The notes under the pieces were generated by a model. It was not told the DNA's origin and searched no databases. It saw only the letters and a list, made by a program, of their open reading frames with translations. The translations under genes were made by a program, and so were the position numbers. 64,000 nt of DNA from Octopus vulgaris (Eukaryota), in contig OX597833.1 in the NCBI GenBank assembly GCA_951406725.2, positions 41,850,001-41,914,000 on the forward strand. Direction: 5' to 3'. This document shows positions 1-11,453 of this stretch, piece by piece. Every line of letters starts with the position of its first letter. The stretch's first letter is position 1.

Positions 1-659
1 TTAATTGATATGAATGCACACACACTATATGTGTGTGTGTGTGTGTGTGTGTATTAAAATCTATGAGGATTACTTAATAGAATTTTTGAAGTGTAAAGGT
101 GATCTTAAAAAAATATGTTATGAATTCTTTTATGCGGATGTTACTAACCTTTTTTGGGAAGAAATCTTTTTCAGGTGTGCAAGCACTTTTCGGGAAGGCC
201 ATTTTTTCTTGCCAAATAAACACATACACTATATATTCGTTCTTCACTCATTTATTATTGCTCTTATTTTATTTTATGTCCATTGTCTGGAAATCTTTCG
301 TCACACACCTGTGACCTCTTCCATCCCATGTGTCTCCTCCTGTTCTGTTTAGTCCATAGGCTCATAAAACCAGTTTCCAAGATTCTGTGGTACACACACA
401 TGCACATTAATCTAAGCCTGAAAGAGATGTGTTTCTGTTAGAGGCCTGTGAATCTTGGTCACATTGAGCCCAATCAAACCATTTTAAACAATAATAATAA
501 CAAAAACAACAATAACAACAACAACAACAATATATATGTGACTAAAGTGGAGTACCATGGAAGATGTGCTATCAAGGCACACTACTAGGGACACACCCAA
601 AATAAGGTTTGAATTCTACATTTTAAAGTCTCTTATCTAAACTTTAATTTTAAACATAA

Positions 660-698
<39 letters not shown>

Positions 699-715
699 TT
701 ATTTGGTAGTTTAAT

Positions 716-1379
716 TACAGCTGAATTACCCAGTAATACCCGGAAAAGCAGGGGTTATTTCTAGTTCCCATTCCCATTACACTGTTTCATGTCCTATCCC
801 ATTCCCTGTTCAGTTCCTGTTTTAGTTCTGCTCTCATTCCTATCGCCAATCCTATATCAATTGATAAATTTTAGAATCAGTTAAGTGAAATTAAGCCATC
901 AAATATTTTATTAACATTTATGATAATAGTTTATTGCTAAAAATAGGTATTACAAACTATTAATATGATTAGTGGGTGAATGAGGAATGTCCCTATATTA
1001 TTTTAACAAATTAATACGCTTCTGAGTAAAATAAATTAGATAAATAGATAGATTTACAAATACATTGACAAGTAGTCCATGTATTGTAGCTGGCATTGTT
1101 GCATGTTGTAGCTTATAGTAGCTGATTTGTAAACATGTGAAACAGTCCCCTTCCCAAGGACACCCATTATAAATTTTTATTGAAATCCAATTCAACTATA
1201 ATTGAACTGGATGTTAGGAAGAAATAAATAACAAAATTGGATTTAATGTGGAAAATTATTTCAATATACCAAATTTGAAAATTTTGATGTAATTTTAAAA
1301 TCTCACAATATGTGACAGCACCAGGGAAGACCCTACAAAGGTAGAGAGACAGACAGTTATAGGATATCACACTCAAACA

Positions 1380-1417
<38 letters not shown>

Positions 1418-1505
1418 AACACATACACACAAATTTACAAACATACACACAGGTAATCACTAGTTTAAAATGGTGTAGACATATGTATGTATCTATGTAC
1501 GTATG

Positions 1506-1539
<34 letters not shown>

Positions 1540-1975
1540 AGTGTGTGTGTGAAATTTTCTTTGTGATGGACAGCAGAAAAGTTACCTACCCTCTCTCTCC
1601 TTAAAGCTACGTATTCTTCACACTCACCTTTCTCTGTGTGTGTGTTGTATCTATGTATTTACGAATGTATGTATGCAGCATCGCATGTATATGACAGCTA
1701 TATTAATGTTAACATCCCATTGTCACCACTGTTCTCACCTTCACTGATATAAATCACCCTTACTTTTCTACTTCCTTTCTCTCTGACAAATACTTTTTGC
1801 AACCTTCTCATTTTAACATATAATTTGGGGCGGGGGAACATTATAGATTTTTATTGAAATCCAATTAGCTTATTATTGAACTGGATGTTAGTGTAATATG
1901 TATGCAAAGTTTTGTGAATATTGTTTTGTTGGTTTAAACACTAAGATTGTAACAGACAGACAGAAATTGCCATTA
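716..1975 (-). mobile_element. Non-autonomous Helitron/Helentron-like element(s)
   Basis: Left end acagctgaattacccagtaatacccgg (decayed CTAG plus hairpin); right end acagacagacagaaattgccattata; internal duplication 1173-1218 / 1848-1891. Confidence 0.5.
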
Positions 1976-2299
1976 TATATATATATATATATAACTATGC
2001 ATATATATATATATATATATATATATGCATAGTTATATATATATATATATATATGTAGATGTAGTTATATATGTAAATGTTAGGTTTGCTATCCACAATA
2101 TTCTATATTGTGGAAATGCTCCATGGCTTCAGCCTGTGAATTATGTCATTGCATATAAATCTTGGTGGAATGAAGTTGCAACATTAGTTCATCTGCAGGT
2201 GCTAGTGCTTGTTGTAAATGGTATAAAGAAAGGTAGATTCTGCAATGTGCTCGACCAGATCATTAGAAAAATATTTGCTGATCACCTTTTCCTTCTTTG

Positions 2300-3150
2300 A
2301 GTTTGGTCAAATGATATTGCATGAGATAAAATTATAGGCAGTCATAGAGTTGGGAATGGAAATGCCAACGGCATACTTTTATCCAACTGTGTTTCTTACA
2401 ACCTTGTCATCACCAATACACTGTTTTTGCAAAAAAACAAATACAAAACAATATCCATGCTCTGAACACTGGCACCAACTTGATCAAATGATAGGAAACC
2501 AATGAAACTGACGTGTGCATTTCATACATCACTCCTCTAGTTCATTCATAAATTGCTGCAGGTTAGGTGTACTATTTAAATTCAGCAAAAGCAACATCCA
2601 ATTAAAAAGATAAAACTAAGGCTCAAAGCTCAAAGTACCAAAAGTCAGAGATCCAAAGATCAAACTTCAAACTTCAAGCCTCAAAAAATTCCAAGATAAG
2701 AATAACCTCTACTGATGATCTCTGCTCTCAGATAAGAAATACAACATATGCCAAAGAAGTGGCTGGATGCAGCAATCATAAACATTGAGACTAGTTTGTT
2801 AGAAATGATTCCTAACATATTTGATAAGCTACTTCTTCTTCACAGGCTTGAGGACAAAGCATCTACTAAAAGGAGACAAGCAACTTGACATCAACAGTTT
2901 GAAGAAAGCTAGGTTAAGACTTTGTAGAATGAAAAAAAAGTAGTGGCTTGAAAGAGCTACTGACCAGTAAGAATCTTTTGATATGAATGACAAAATCCAA
3001 TTATGAATGTCTAATGAGATTTTATGAACCACAACATACAGTGGTGACTCATCTTAAGTTTAAGGGTGAAGCTCACAAACCTATCTGACCTGTTGAAATG
3101 ATGAGTTGAATATTTTTAGTAATGTTTTAAACCACCATCAACATTATCTG
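2300..3150 (+). pseudogene. Decayed RTE-clade LINE (APE endonuclease region)
   Basis: Frameshifted peptide IGSH.VGN.NANG..L..NC...NLVITNTLF.QKNKYKT..HP.S.HWHQLD. Confidence 0.65.
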
Positions 3151-3175
3151 TAAGTAACTATTCTTGTTATCTGTA

Positions 3176-3820
3176 TGAGGGGGATACCCAAAAGTAACTG
3201 AAAATGTTCTCTGTGGGACAAACCTGTTGTAGTTCAGGCTTCTACTGCTAGAAAGCTACTTGATGCAACCCTCAGGCATCAGTCTGCTGACCAGCATTGT
3301 CGAGTGATGTCATACTGCCATGTGAATGCACCTTTGCTTTGCAAGTGCTTCTCCCCTGTTCAGCAATTTTTGTGATGGTTGAAATGAAGGAACAGTGTGC
3401 TTCAATGAAATTCTGTTTTCTGCTGGGAAAATGGTGGCTGAAACAGTTGTCATGCTTCAAACAGCTTACAAGGAAGCTGTCATGAGCAAGACACAAGTTT
3501 ATGAGTGGTTTCCATGCTTTAGGAATGGTTACTTGTCGCTTGAAGATCAACCTCGTCCAGGATGACTATCAACCTCCCAAACAAATGAAAACATCATGAA
3601 AATTCACGAACTGATCTTGGAGGACCATCACGGAACAATTGCCAAACTTGTTGATATGACTAGTGTGTCCTGGAGCTCCTGCCAACGAATTTTGCATGAA
3701 GAATTGTGAATTAAAAGTGTTGCAGTAAGATTTATGTCTCGCTTGCTCATGGAAAATCAAAAGCAGTCATAACTGAATGCATGTCATGAACTGAAAGAAC
3801 AGCTGGAAGTCGATCTGTTG
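3176..3820 (+). mobile_element. Mariner 5' remnant (TIR and HTH transposase fragment)
   Basis: TA(C/T)GAGGG-type end; peptide EQ..MKFCFLLGK..ET..ML..AY..MS.TQVYEWF..F.NG..S.EDQPRPG with stops and frameshifts. Confidence 0.75.
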
Positions 3821-4044
3821 GGGTGGAAAGACACATCCAGTTTGTGGTTGCTGTGAAAAAGATGAAGTGAACTGAGCAAGGATTAAGTTAAGAGTAATGT
3901 GCCAAGGGACACATATATAGTGTGACTGTATCAAGTAATTTTGATAAAGGTTTTACATATCTGTGTGTGGTGTGCGATGTATTTTGTCTTAGGATGAGTG
4001 TAATTTAGTGCACAAATAAGAGAGAGAAGACAGAGTGGAAGAGA

Positions 4045-4079
<35 letters not shown>

Positions 4080-4763
4080 TAAACAAAAGGTTTCAGAATT
4101 TTATTAGGTTTTACTGAATGTAAGTGAAAGATAGAGAAGAAAGGAAAATTTAACAGATGTCTAATGTTATCAGTAAGCCTGCTGCTATATTTTACCAGCA
4201 CTACTGGACCATTATCAGTTAATTTGCCCTTGCAAATGCCACATTCCTTTTACTCTCCACTTTTCTTTTTCCAGCTGGTATATTGGTTACAATTATGTTC
4301 AACTCTTTCATAGTTCTAATAATATCTATTACATTAGATGTAGTTCTGCTGGTATCTGTTATGTAGGGTACCTGTATCTATGTGTGCATATCATAATCAT
4401 TATTCTTGCATAGGTCAGAGGGAATTCACTAAGGCAGATGTCCTATAGCCAGATGTGCTTCCTGGTGCCTATCTTCTTCTGTTTCCAAACAACTTAATAT
4501 TTCTAGACACGGCTGGACATGTTTACCCAATAGAGTGAAAATAAGGAACATTGCATGATGCTGACGATTATTTATAACTCTTCTGTGATGTCAAGATTAC
4601 AAGATACAAACGTATTAAATACATGCATACATATATGCATATATAAGGGACTACTTTTAGCTTCTGTCAACCAAACTGAGTCACAAGGCAATGATTGGGC
4701 CTGGATCTACAGTCGAAGACCTGCCTAATGTGCCACACAGTAAGAAATTAAATTGAAACCACA

Positions 4764-4817
<54 letters not shown>

Positions 4818-4821
<4 letters not shown>

Positions 4822-5140
4822 TCATCATCATCATCGTTTAACATCCTTTTTCCGTGCTAGCACGGGTTGGACGGTTCGACCGGTGTCTGGGAAGCCAGGA
4901 GGCTGCACCAGGCTCCAGTCTGATCTGGCAGTGTTTCTACAGCTGGATGCCCTTCCTAACGCCAACCACTCCGCGAGTGTAGTGGGTGCTTTTTATGTGC
5001 CACCTGCACAGGTGCCAGGGGAGTCCGACATCGGCCACAATCGGTCGCTGTTTTTAACGTGTCACCAGCACGGAAGCCAGCCAAGGCAGCGCCGGCATCG
5101 GCATGTTCGGATGGTGCCTTTCATGTACCACCGGCACAGG
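4818..5140 (-). mobile_element. SINE family E with a Meta-like domain and (GAT)n tail; other copies at about 16986-17290, 20930-21075, 28915-29140, 41543-41851, 42740-42893, 47115-47296, 49390-49685 and 62900-63100
   Basis: GGTTGGCGTTAGGAAGGGCATCCAGCTGTAGAAA motif with tandem GTGCCGGTGGCACGTAAAAAGCACC sub-repeats. Confidence 0.8.
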
Positions 5141-5295
5141 AACCCTGAAAGCAAAGGTCACTTCCTTTTCCCTCCCAGCAGTTAGACACAAAAAAAAACA
5201 CAGATTTTGTTTGTACTTTGTTTGTATATATAAATTTTCAGAATGAGATAAAAAGCCAAAGCTCTGAAAGATTTTAGAACATTTGTATATAGAAG

Positions 5296-5343
5296 GTCTT
5301 ACAGCTGTTTCCAGGATATTTTATATATCCATTCATCAGAGAT
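5296..5343 (-). ncRNA. Degenerate minimal hammerhead ribozyme in a PLE 3' remnant
   Basis: Reverse complement reads TCT-CTGATGA-atGGATAT(ataaa)ATATCCtg-GAAA-CAGCTG-TA-AGA, with palindromic stem III ACAGCTGT. Confidence 0.7.
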
Positions 5344-5576
5344 GGTGTGAGAAGATGGTAAAGCAATAGTTATTTTAGATAAGATACGAAATAGAGAGAG
5401 AAGTGGAGGAATGAAATTAGATGTGAGATATGCAGGGATATTGCATCTGTAGACCCATTATTTAGGCAGAATGGTTTACATATAAGATTCCTGGAGCTTA
5501 ACTATAGTCTGTCCATAGCACTTACTCAGCATTACCTGACACCTTTGGGTCTTATTGACACCATTACCACTCATAA

Positions 5577-6303
<727 letters not shown>

Positions 6304-6307
<4 letters not shown>

Positions 6308-6611
6308 CGTCACCGTGACCGACCAGGCTATCAGATGTTGCTACACATCGCTGTTCACAATGTGCTTCGCATTGTTTTAGCCTTCAAATGACGCCACCCC
6401 GCTTGTTAAGCGGGCAGGCCAACAGAAGAAAGAGTGAGAGAAAGTTGTGGCGAAAGAGTACAGCAGGGATCGCCATCACCCCCTGCCGGAGCCTCGTGGG
6501 GCTTTAGGTGTTTATGCTCAATAAACACTCACAACGCCCGGTCTGGGAATTGAAACCACGATCCTACGACCGCGAGTCCACTGCCCTAACCACTGGGCCA
6601 TTGCGCCTCCA
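6304..6611 (-). mobile_element. tRNA-derived SINE (head type C: GGAGGCGCAATGGCCCAGTGGTTAGGGC)
   Basis: A and B boxes; head shared with 24202-24587. Confidence 0.85.
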
Positions 6612-6742
6612 TTAAAAATTATAAATGGAATAGAATGGAATTATAAAAATTCTTTGCGCATGGTGAATGAACGCTATTTAAAAATTATGAATGGAATAGA
6701 ATGGAATAATATTTTAATCAACGTAAAAGACAGAATTTACTA

Positions 6743-7900
6743 CAAATTCTTTAATAAAACAACCATGATAAACGAAACTCAACTATACATATAATGATAA
6801 AACCTCCCTTTACCAAACACTATAACATACCTATATAGCAATCTCCCTAATCTATACATTCACACACAAATACACACACATAAAACACACACCCACTACA
6901 TATACATATACCCACTCCACTCACACCTACATATACATACGTACAAACTCGATATATACACCAAAATATTCACACCCACACCCATACAGATAAATAAATA
7001 TATATATCCATAAAAATGGGTGCAATCCCATGCACATCAATCATGCATGTATACAAGTGCATACACAAGCACACACTTTTACATAGCAATCATGCACTCC
7101 TGCATCTACACATGCACTTATACACGCGCACATGCACACACACCCATGCACATGCATATTCACGGACACTCTCCTAAACATCTAAATATACGTATAAATG
7201 GCTACAAACAATACCCAATAAAAAACTACCATAATTAACATACCAAGCTATAATACATGGGGACTAAATATACTAAAAAATTCTTTAATAAAACAATCAT
7301 GATAAACGAAATCCATACATACAAATATAAAGATAAAACCCCCTTACCAAATACACAATACACACAAATACACACACATATATACACACACCCACAAACA
7401 TAACCATATACACACTCACACATACAAATACATACGTACAAAACGCGATATATACACCATATACATTCCCACACCAATAGATTATTAAATAAATACATAT
7501 ACAAACATAAATATATATATATATATAAAATATATATATATATATATATATATACATTCACACATATCATCACATACACAAATAAATAAAATACTCTCTC
7601 TCACAAAAGTAAATAAATATTTAATAAATGTATATATGAGTGTGTACACGCAGACGGGTGCAATCACACGCACATTCAAACATGCATGTATACAAGTGCA
7701 TAAATAATCACACTCAATTACATAGCCACTCATACACTCCCGCATCTACACTTGCACTTGTACACACGCACACATGCATACACACCCATACCTACATATT
7801 CACGGACACTCTTCTAAATATCTATATAAACGTATATTGCAACAAACAATACCCAAATAAAACTGCCATATCAACATACCAAATATAATACAAGGGGATT
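6743..7900. repeat. Diverged tandem duplication in the PLE 3' UTR (units about 6743-7277 and 7278-7900)
   Basis: Colinear shared anchors: aaattctttaataaaacaa.catgataaacgaaa; catacgtacaaa; gggtgcaatc; catgcatgtatacaagtgcata; catattcacggacactct; aaacaataccca; tataataca.gggga. Confidence 0.85.
7078..7321. repeat. Downstream pseudo-LTR copy
   Basis: Near-identical to 10741-10984. Confidence 0.92.
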
Positions 7901-8275
7901 GTAAACATTCACACATACATACAAAACTCAATATATACACCACTAAATACGCCCAAATCATCCATAAATAATATATATCCACATATATACATATAACATA
8001 TACATAATAAAATAAATAAATAAATAAGTAAATAAAATAAAAGAAATCTAATATAAATAAATAAAGTCTTAACTTACCAAACTCAATATACCATAAACCA
8101 TATTATATATACCATATTATATATTAATATACATTAATAATAAATTAATGAAAACAAAGAAATACCAATTAAAGACTAACTATAATTAAAGCCTAAACTA
8201 CATAACTAAAAATATATGGTACTCTAAACTAAAATTAATATTAAACTAAAGTAACCTATAATAGGGAGCTATTAA

Positions 8276-10738
8276 TTATGTATCATGAAACTTATTATAT
8301 AGGTAAAGTAACCTATGTCTGCATTTTATTTTGCGCTCTTCACCTGTATTAAGTAAATTATCATACTTATAAAATAAAATTTCTTTAAACTCATTAGAGC
8401 ATAAATAACAACAATTCGCTCCTATAGTATATGATTTAGTTTTACAAATTATTTCCCAAGTTAAACTATAATTAATATTTTGTGATTTAAGTCTCCAAAT
8501 GTACTTACTAAGTCCAGTGGAGTTGATTAAGTTTTTATTTTTAAAAGAATTCAGATGTGTGATTCTTAATTTTATTTTAGAGGAAGTAGACCCTATATAA
8601 ACCGCTTTTGGGTAATTATTATTCTTAAAGTTATTATCATGTAATGTAACTATACATTTATACACTACATCGTTAATATCACATTTATTATTTAATTTAC
8701 ATTTAGATTTATCTCTACAAGTACAATTAATATATGTCTTATCTTTATTATTATTATCAAATAATTTATTTTTATAAAAATTATTCAATTTAAATTTATT
8801 AAATGAAGAAATAATGTTACCTACATTATTAGTAGTGGAATAACCTACTCCAAAATTATTACTAGAGAAAATGTTTTTATATTTACGATTATCTCTAATA
8901 AAAAGTTCTATAATATCTAAAATCTCTTTGATAATATTCGTTTTTACTTGATCACCATAAGGAACTATTAACCAAATTTTATTCTTATTAACCTTATTAC
9001 TATCATTGTCATTATTATAATTATTATATTTATAATTCTTTATCTTATTAAAATTATTAACAGAATTATATTTATGTACAGCATTTAAGGAATTATTAAT
9101 ATTATTAATTTTATCAATATTATTATTATTATCATTATTAAATTTGTTTTTTTTATTCTTATTTTTATTTTTATTATTTTTATTTTTATAATTTCTAATA
9201 TTTTTACCACTAATACTAACAAAATTATAATTATTATTATTATAATTATCTCGAAAATAATTAGTTATATCTTTATCTTTAATATTATAAAATTTAATAT
9301 TCCTATTATAACCAGCCCCTCTAAGGGCCTCATTATAATAAGTAGTATGTTTATTAAAAATCTCTATATCATAAGAGAGTAATGAAATACGTTTACTTAT
9401 ATTATTAATCAAAGATTTTTTAATAGAATGTGGGTGATTACTATTAACATTTATATATCTAAGGTTCTCATTAATTTTATGATATGGTTGTGTTTTACCT
9501 GTAATTAGATTAAAATTAACATCTAAATAATTAACATTATAATTCTCCTTATATATAGTAATACTTAAACCATATCTTTTAAAGAAACTATATAGTTTTT
9601 TCTTATATACTTCTAGATTCCTATTAGTACAATTCTTTGTAATTAGTAGAAGATCATCTCTATATAAACCACCCTCTATCTTAAGATTTTCTAATTGGAG
9701 TTCGGATAAAAGGAAAATACCTACTAAATCAGTAGCTTGTGCAGAATCTGGTGCTCCCATAGGTATATCAAAACAATCTCTAGTATCATTCCTAGCCCAT
9801 AATTTATTTTTATATTTAATGAGCGATTTCCTAGCCATTTTAATTACATTAACTTCTTCAAGTGACATTCCCACTTTATTCATTGCGAAAATAAGGGCTT
9901 TATTAAACACAATTTCATTAATAGAAGAATAATAATTATCTATATCTATTTGAATAAATTTATAACGATTTTTATCTTTAATATTATTAAACCATTTCAA
10001 TGTATTGTTATTACTAAACCATAATTTTAAATAATTAAGTTTATTTAATTTATTAATATATTTATCTAAAATAAATTTACTTAATTTACCTAGGTCAGAT
10101 TTACATGGGCAAATTAATCTAACTTTAGGGTCTGAATAAAAATGATCTTTATGGTCTTTAAGAGTAATTCTGGGGTGTAAAGGTACATAAGGTTCAGTTT
10201 TATTATCCAATTCATATTTTAACATTACTAATTTAGAGGCCTTATTAATATTATAAAGTATATTATCTGGAACAATTTTATATTTTTTAATTATTTCTTT
10301 CCCTAAGAGTTTATCATATAATTTAACATCTAATTTATATAAATTCCTAGTTTTATCAGATTGTACTATAATACCATCCATATTTCTCATATCTTTAATT
10401 CTAATAGCTAAGTTTCTTAAATATTCATTATTTCTATTTGGGTATTTATGGAATTCAATATTTTTTACTACCTTCCATATATTATCTTCTAGTAATTGTA
10501 ATTCTTTATTGAATGGAGGTTCCTTTCTAGATTTAAATTTAGAGGTAAAATTATCATTCCTACTATCATTATCATTAAATAAATAAAAATTATAGTAATA
10601 AGCTTTCCATTTAATTCTAGAAATAAAACCTTTAACATTATTAATAAGTTTCAAAATAAATTCCTTTCTAGAAGGTATAGGAATATCTTTCAAAGATGAA
10701 TCCCAAAATAGCAGTTCTATCTTACCTGTAAATTCCAT
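8276..10738 (-). CDS. Penelope-like element polyprotein: reverse transcriptase plus C-terminal GIY-YIG endonuclease (Hydra-clade-like)
   Basis: Uninterrupted 820-aa ORF. N-terminal IPIPS..F..RIKWKA; RT motifs KDHK..P.VRLICP, IQIDIDNYYSSI, PMGAPDS, GLYRDD, YLDVNF; thumb SNHPHSI; linker CTC-x5-C; endonuclease VVYKC...VYIGST..R; C-terminal CYLC..E...LLN..E..KCRH. Confidence 0.93.
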   Translation of the reverse strand: MEFTGKIELLFWDSSLKDIPIPSRKEFILKLINNVKGFISRIKWKAYYYNFYLFNDNDSRNDNFTSKFKSRKEPPFNKELQLLEDNIWKVVKNIEFHKYPNRNNEYLRNLAIRIKDMRNMDGIIVQSDKTRNLYKLDVKLYDKLLGKEIIKKYKIVPDNILYNINKASKLVMLKYELDNKTEPYVPLHPRITLKDHKDHFYSDPKVRLICPCKSDLGKLSKFILDKYINKLNKLNYLKLWFSNNNTLKWFNNIKDKNRYKFIQIDIDNYYSSINEIVFNKALIFAMNKVGMSLEEVNVIKMARKSLIKYKNKLWARNDTRDCFDIPMGAPDSAQATDLVGIFLLSELQLENLKIEGGLYRDDLLLITKNCTNRNLEVYKKKLYSFFKRYGLSITIYKENYNVNYLDVNFNLITGKTQPYHKINENLRYINVNSNHPHSIKKSLINNISKRISLLSYDIEIFNKHTTYYNEALRGAGYNRNIKFYNIKDKDITNYFRDNYNNNNYNFVSISGKNIRNYKNKNNKNKNKNKKNKFNNDNNNNIDKINNINNSLNAVHKYNSVNNFNKIKNYKYNNYNNDNDSNKVNKNKIWLIVPYGDQVKTNIIKEILDIIELFIRDNRKYKNIFSSNNFGVGYSTTNNVGNIISSFNKFKLNNFYKNKLFDNNNKDKTYINCTCRDKSKCKLNNKCDINDVVYKCIVTLHDNNFKNNNYPKAVYIGSTSSKIKLRITHLNSFKNKNLINSTGLSKYIWRLKSQNINYSLTWEIICKTKSYTIGANCCYLCSNEFKEILFYKYDNLLNTGEERKIKCRHRLLYLYNKFHDT

Positions 10739-10740
10739 AA

Positions 10741-10984
10741 TTTACATAGCAATCATGCACTCCTGCATCTACACATGCACTTATACATGCGCACATGCAC
10801 ACACACCCATGCACATGCATATTCACGGACACTCTCCTAAACATCTAAATATACGTATAAATGGCTACAAACAATACCCAATAAAAAACTACCATAATTA
10901 ACATACCAAGCTATAATACATGGGGACTAAATATACTAAAAAATTCTTTAATAAAACAATCATGATAAACGAAATCCATACATA
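10741..10984. repeat. Upstream pseudo-LTR copy (direct repeat of 7078-7321)
   Basis: 244 bp with one mismatch seen (tacatgcgc vs tacacgcgc); ends 2 nt before the ORF ATG. Confidence 0.92.
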
Positions 10985-11081
10985 GTTGATTATATATAGA
11001 TTATATATATTTATATTCTTTCATTGATAAATTTATATTATTTTAATTTTATATTTTGAAATATTGATATTTTTAGATCGG

Positions 11082-11135
11082 AAATCCACCTGACGAATGT
11101 CATTTGAAGACATGAAACAATTGTAGTGGCGATTT
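11082..11135 (+). ncRNA. Minimal type-I hammerhead ribozyme (intact core)
   Basis: CCAC-CTGACGA-ATGTC(atttgaa)GACAT-GAAA-CAATTG-TA-GTGG. Stem I CCAC/GTGG is extendable with AAAT/ATTT, stem II is 5 bp, stem III is the palindrome ACAATTGT, and the GUA cleavage site follows 11125. Confidence 0.88.
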
Positions 11136-11304
11136 ATTTACTTTATATTAAAATTTTTTATGTATTGATTAAGTCTTTCCTTGTTTGATATGCAAAATAG
11201 TGGTTTTGTCTCGAATTAATATTATATAATATTTTACTATAAAATTGGATTTAAATCTAAATCTGGGTTTTTTTCCCTGTAATTTTGGATTTATTCCCTA
11301 ATAT

Positions 11305-11375
<71 letters not shown>

Positions 11376-11453
11376 AAATGAGAAAATGGAGAAATATATC
11401 TAAATCAATCATCAACTATCAGATCTATCTCATTTTATATATATATATATATA

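Larger units (their letters stand above)
6612..11310 (-). mobile_element. Full-length Penelope-like retroelement insertion (ORF, long 3' UTR, direct pseudo-LTR, adjacent opposite-strand hammerhead module)
   Basis: ORF flanked by a 244-bp direct repeat. The right end runs into (TTA)n(TA)n and the left end abuts a SINE. Including 10985-11310 in the same insertion is an inference. Confidence 0.7.

Noticed and set aside
8276-10738. Naiad-type selenoprotein PLE, telomerase, or bacterial retron / group II intron RT
   Set aside because: The endonuclease is C-terminal (Naiads have it N-terminal), there is no in-frame TGA, and no TERT or maturase domains are present.
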